Origin: Erysipelotrichaceae bacterium OH741_COT-311
GTDB taxonomy: Bacteria > Bacillota_I > Bacilli_A > Erysipelotrichales > Erysipelotrichaceae
Direction: 5' to 3'
Length of the DNA stretch: 32,000 nt
NCBI GenBank assembly: GCA_003858585.1
Contig: RQZE01000004.1
Span: 120,001 to 152,000, forward strand
In this document: piece after piece, positions 30,098 through 32,000 of the stretch
How the letters are laid out: each line of letters opens with the position of its first letter
How positions within the stretch are numbered: the first letter of the stretch is position 1
Position numbers and translations under genes: made by a program
Notes under the pieces: model-generated
Databases searched by the model: none
What the model was told of the DNA's origin: nothing
What the model saw: the letters and a program-made list of their open reading frames with translations, nothing else

Positions 30098-30162
30098 ACT
30101 TGTAGTCCACTTTGGGCAAGTGGGTAGAAACATGTCAGCCAAAATTTGACACCTATACAAGT
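30098..30162 (-). promoter_or_regulatory. Purine riboswitch aptamer (guanine/hypoxanthine class, C at the specificity position)
   Basis: The minus strand reads ACUUGUA-UAG-GUGUCA-AAUUUUGGC-UGACAU-GUUUCUACC-CACUU-GCCCA-AAGUGG-AC-UACAAGU. P1, P2 and P3 are all formable. J2/3 UUUCUAC is identical to B. subtilis xpt. L2 GG and L3 CC are available for the loop-loop contact. The residue after P3 is A then C (C74 equivalent). It is located upstream of pur genes. Confidence 0.85.
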
Positions 30163-30186
30163 AAATGTAATAAACATTACATATTT

Positions 30187-30214
30187 ATATTACCATATTC
30201 TTATTTTTTTTCAA
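30187..30214 (-). promoter_or_regulatory. Sigma-A-type promoter of the riboswitch-pur operon
   Basis: On the minus strand, TTGAAA (30214-30209), a 16-nt spacer, then TAATAT (30192-30187), preceded by a TGG extended -10 element. It is located about 25 nt upstream of P1. Confidence 0.55.
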
Positions 30215-30228
30215 TCCAAAAGATCAAT

Positions 30229-30663
30229 CTATTCGTATACAATACACTTAGATATATCAATATTTTCCTTATCACTTACGATAATAAAAACATAATTGCC
30301 TACTACTTCTAATTGATACTTTTCAATCTTACTGATTTCTTCAGGTAAGTATAACTCATAATTTCTTCGAAATGCTTCTAAACTCTTTTTAATGTCAGCT
30401 TCCACTTTTTTATAATCTTTTACTTCCATAATAGCTATATGATCGGCACGACTTAAAGGGTCAATATATATAATACGGTCAATAATACTATCTTTATCTA
30501 AAAAATAAATAGTATCAAAGACATCATCTCTTACAGAAGCTAAGTTCAAATCATAAGTCTTCATAATTTTTATTGCCGTTTCTGACATATTTATTTTTTT
30601 TGTGTTACTACAACCTATCAGCATACATAGTAATAAACTGCTAATCACAATGAATTTTTTCAT
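30229..30663 (-). CDS. DUF4358-like lipoprotein
   Basis: MKKFIVISSLLLCMLIGC-S is a signal peptide with a lipobox. The mature part is small (about 120 aa), and the family assignment is from memory of DUF4358 features. The start is moved to ATG 30663, because the ORF-track start at 30678 is a TTG. It overlaps the upstream gene by 23 nt. Confidence 0.6.
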   Translation of the reverse strand: MKKFIVISSLLLCMLIGCSNTKKINMSETAIKIMKTYDLNLASVRDDVFDTIYFLDKDSIIDRIIYIDPLSRADHIAIMEVKDYKKVEADIKKSLEAFRRNYELYLPEEISKIEKYQLEVVGNYVFIIVSDKENIDISKCIVYE

Positions 30664-31411
30664 ACTGCTCCCTTTCAACTACATGTGTTTTTATAAACAT
30701 TAAATAATCTAAAATATATTCCTGTTTTAAATGTACCCCATCTTCGGTATATTCTTCTTTTATATAGCCTTGTTCATTAGCAAAAAATGTATCTGATTGT
30801 ATAAAGTAATATTTATTATCTATACACATCTGATGTAACAATTGATTATATTCTTCAATTTTTTCCTTGCTAGCATACTTATCTTTTTTTAATGCTTCTT
30901 CGCTTGGCATATAAATACTTAAGACATAAACATCAATATGAGGGTGTATCTTTTTAATTTCTTCAATCGTTCTTTGATAAGCTTGAATAAATAAATCCGG
31001 ATAAACCCACCCTAATTCATTGTAACCAAACATAATATATAAATGATCAATATCTTGTTGTCGAATTAAGTCCATCGCTGTGTAATCCTGCTGTTCATCT
31101 TGCTTGATAATCGTAACATCCAATTTATTTACAATCAACCCAACTTTTGCAACTACATTGGTATAGTCAAGTTGAGCTTCTTCAATAACATAAATACGAG
31201 AATCTCCTACAAAAAGACTTCGTTTTAAGTACTCATCACCATAATCCTTACTTTCTTCTACAGTTTTAGAATAATCATAAACATCTTCTTTCATGCAGGT
31301 TTGCGTTGTCGTTGTTATTTCTGTTATCGTTTGCTTATACTGACAAGCACTAAGTAAAAGCATTATGCAAATGAAAAAATATACTTTATTCAAATAAATT
31401 CTCATTTTCAT
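30641..31411 (-). CDS. SGNH/GDSL-family hydrolase lipoprotein
   Basis: The signal peptide MKMRIYLNKVYFFICIMLLLSAC-Q carries a lipobox. SGNH block I is FVGDSR, a block III-like GYNE is present, and block V is DGVHL. The start is ambiguous: ATGs lie at 31444, 31411 and 31405, none with a clear RBS. 31411 is chosen for a normal-length signal peptide. Confidence 0.7.
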   Translation of the reverse strand: MKMRIYLNKVYFFICIMLLLSACQYKQTITEITTTTQTCMKEDVYDYSKTVEESKDYGDEYLKRSLFVGDSRIYVIEEAQLDYTNVVAKVGLIVNKLDVTIIKQDEQQDYTAMDLIRQQDIDHLYIMFGYNELGWVYPDLFIQAYQRTIEEIKKIHPHIDVYVLSIYMPSEEALKKDKYASKEKIEEYNQLLHQMCIDNKYYFIQSDTFFANEQGYIKEEYTEDGVHLKQEYILDYLMFIKTHVVEREQYEKIHCD

Positions 31412-32000
31412 CACTACTAAAATCTGGAAGTTCAGGAAGCTCATCTAAACTAATTAACTTAAAACTGTCCATAAACTCCTCCGTCACCCCATATAAAAAT
31501 GGTTTGCCGGGAGCATCACTTCTACCCATTTCTTGTATTAAATTTCGTGCCTGTAATTTTCTTAGCATCATATCACAACCTACACCACGTAATTCTTCAA
31601 TTTCTACACGTGTAATTGGTTGACGATAAGCTACAATTGCCAAGGTTTCTAAGGCAGATTGTGATAAAGCATTTGTTTTGGTTGTTTGAAATAACTTTGA
31701 TGCGAAAGGATGAATATAAGACTTTGATAAAAACTTATAGTTTCCTCCATAGTTCACTAATTCAAAAGCATATTCTTCTTTTTGATATTTGAACATTAAA
31801 CGACTAAAGACTTCTTCCATCCCTTTTAATGTTACATCCATTACGGCAGCACATTGTTCTATTTTTAACCCTTCATCTCCAACAATAAATAGTAATCCTT
31901 CTACAATGGTATCGATTGGATATTCATCTTTTCTTTCTACTTTTTTAACTGTATTTATATGTAATGGCCTTGTAACTTCTATGCCATATTTATATTCTTT
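31386..32000 (-). CDS. scpB: Segregation and condensation protein B (ScpB); 5' boundary unresolved, frame open to the window edge
   Basis: The ORF-track product (from ATG 31841) contains ScpB winged-helix motifs (LSQSALETLAIVAYRQPITRVEIEELRGV, GRSDAPGKPFLYGVTEEF). Hand translation upstream adds IDTIVEGLLFIVGDEGLKIEQCAAV, the conserved ScpB N-terminus. No start or stop codon occurs in this frame up to position 32000 (see findings). Confidence 0.8.
   Translation of the reverse strand, partial: KEYKYGIEVTRPLHINTVKKVERKDEYPIDTIVEGLLFIVGDEGLKIEQCAAVMDVTLKGMEEVFSRLMFKYQKEEYAFELVNYGGNYKFLSKSYIHPFASKLFQTTKTNALSQSALETLAIVAYRQPITRVEIEELRGVGCDMMLRKLQARNLIQEMGRSDAPGKPFLYGVTEEFMDSFKLISLDELPELPDFSSDENENLFE

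Overview
This is a visibly AT-rich, gene-dense window with about 30 genes, almost all on the minus strand. It looks like core chromosome of a low-GC Gram-positive bacterium (Bacillota; Bacilli- or Erysipelotrichia-like). Several genes end in TGA at conserved C-termini, so the standard code 11 applies. All calls come from hand reading of the ORF track and the DNA; no searches were run.

Gene content, left to right:
- ftsK (partial), an RNase J paralog, miaB, ymdB, rny, recA, pgsA and a rodZ-like gene.
- A type-B RNase P RNA (rnpB), then gpsB, facing the divergent pair recU-ponA.
- A YtrA-type GntR / ABC ATPase / permease operon.
- ruvB-ruvA, obg, and rpmA-prp-rplU with an upstream leader.
- A TetR-HAD-MFS operon, a secreted SNase-type lipoprotein and an Mrp/ApbC ATPase.
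- purA, then a guanine-riboswitch-controlled purC-purF-purB-DUF1294 operon.
- Two lipoproteins (DUF4358 and SGNH hydrolase) and scpB.

Gene order mirrors the B. subtilis rnjB-ftsK, ymfM-pgsA-recA-rny-ymdB and gpsB-rnpB / recU-ponA neighbourhoods. I found no CRISPR array, IS or transposon, phage genes, tRNA or rRNA, and no convincing novel multi-gene system.

The observations most worth a second look are local oddities:
- scpB's conserved N-terminus has no in-frame start codon, and its frame stays open to the window edge.
- The RNase J paralog has four of its metal-ligand positions substituted.
- The class A PBP has a long C-terminal extension that holds all six of its cysteines, including an EGF-like motif.
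- A terminator-like double hairpin sits directly against the miaB ribosome-binding site.
- The pur operon is non-canonical and short, and ends in a translationally coupled DUF1294 gene.
- Clear repeat-type operator candidates lie upstream of the GntR and TetR operons.
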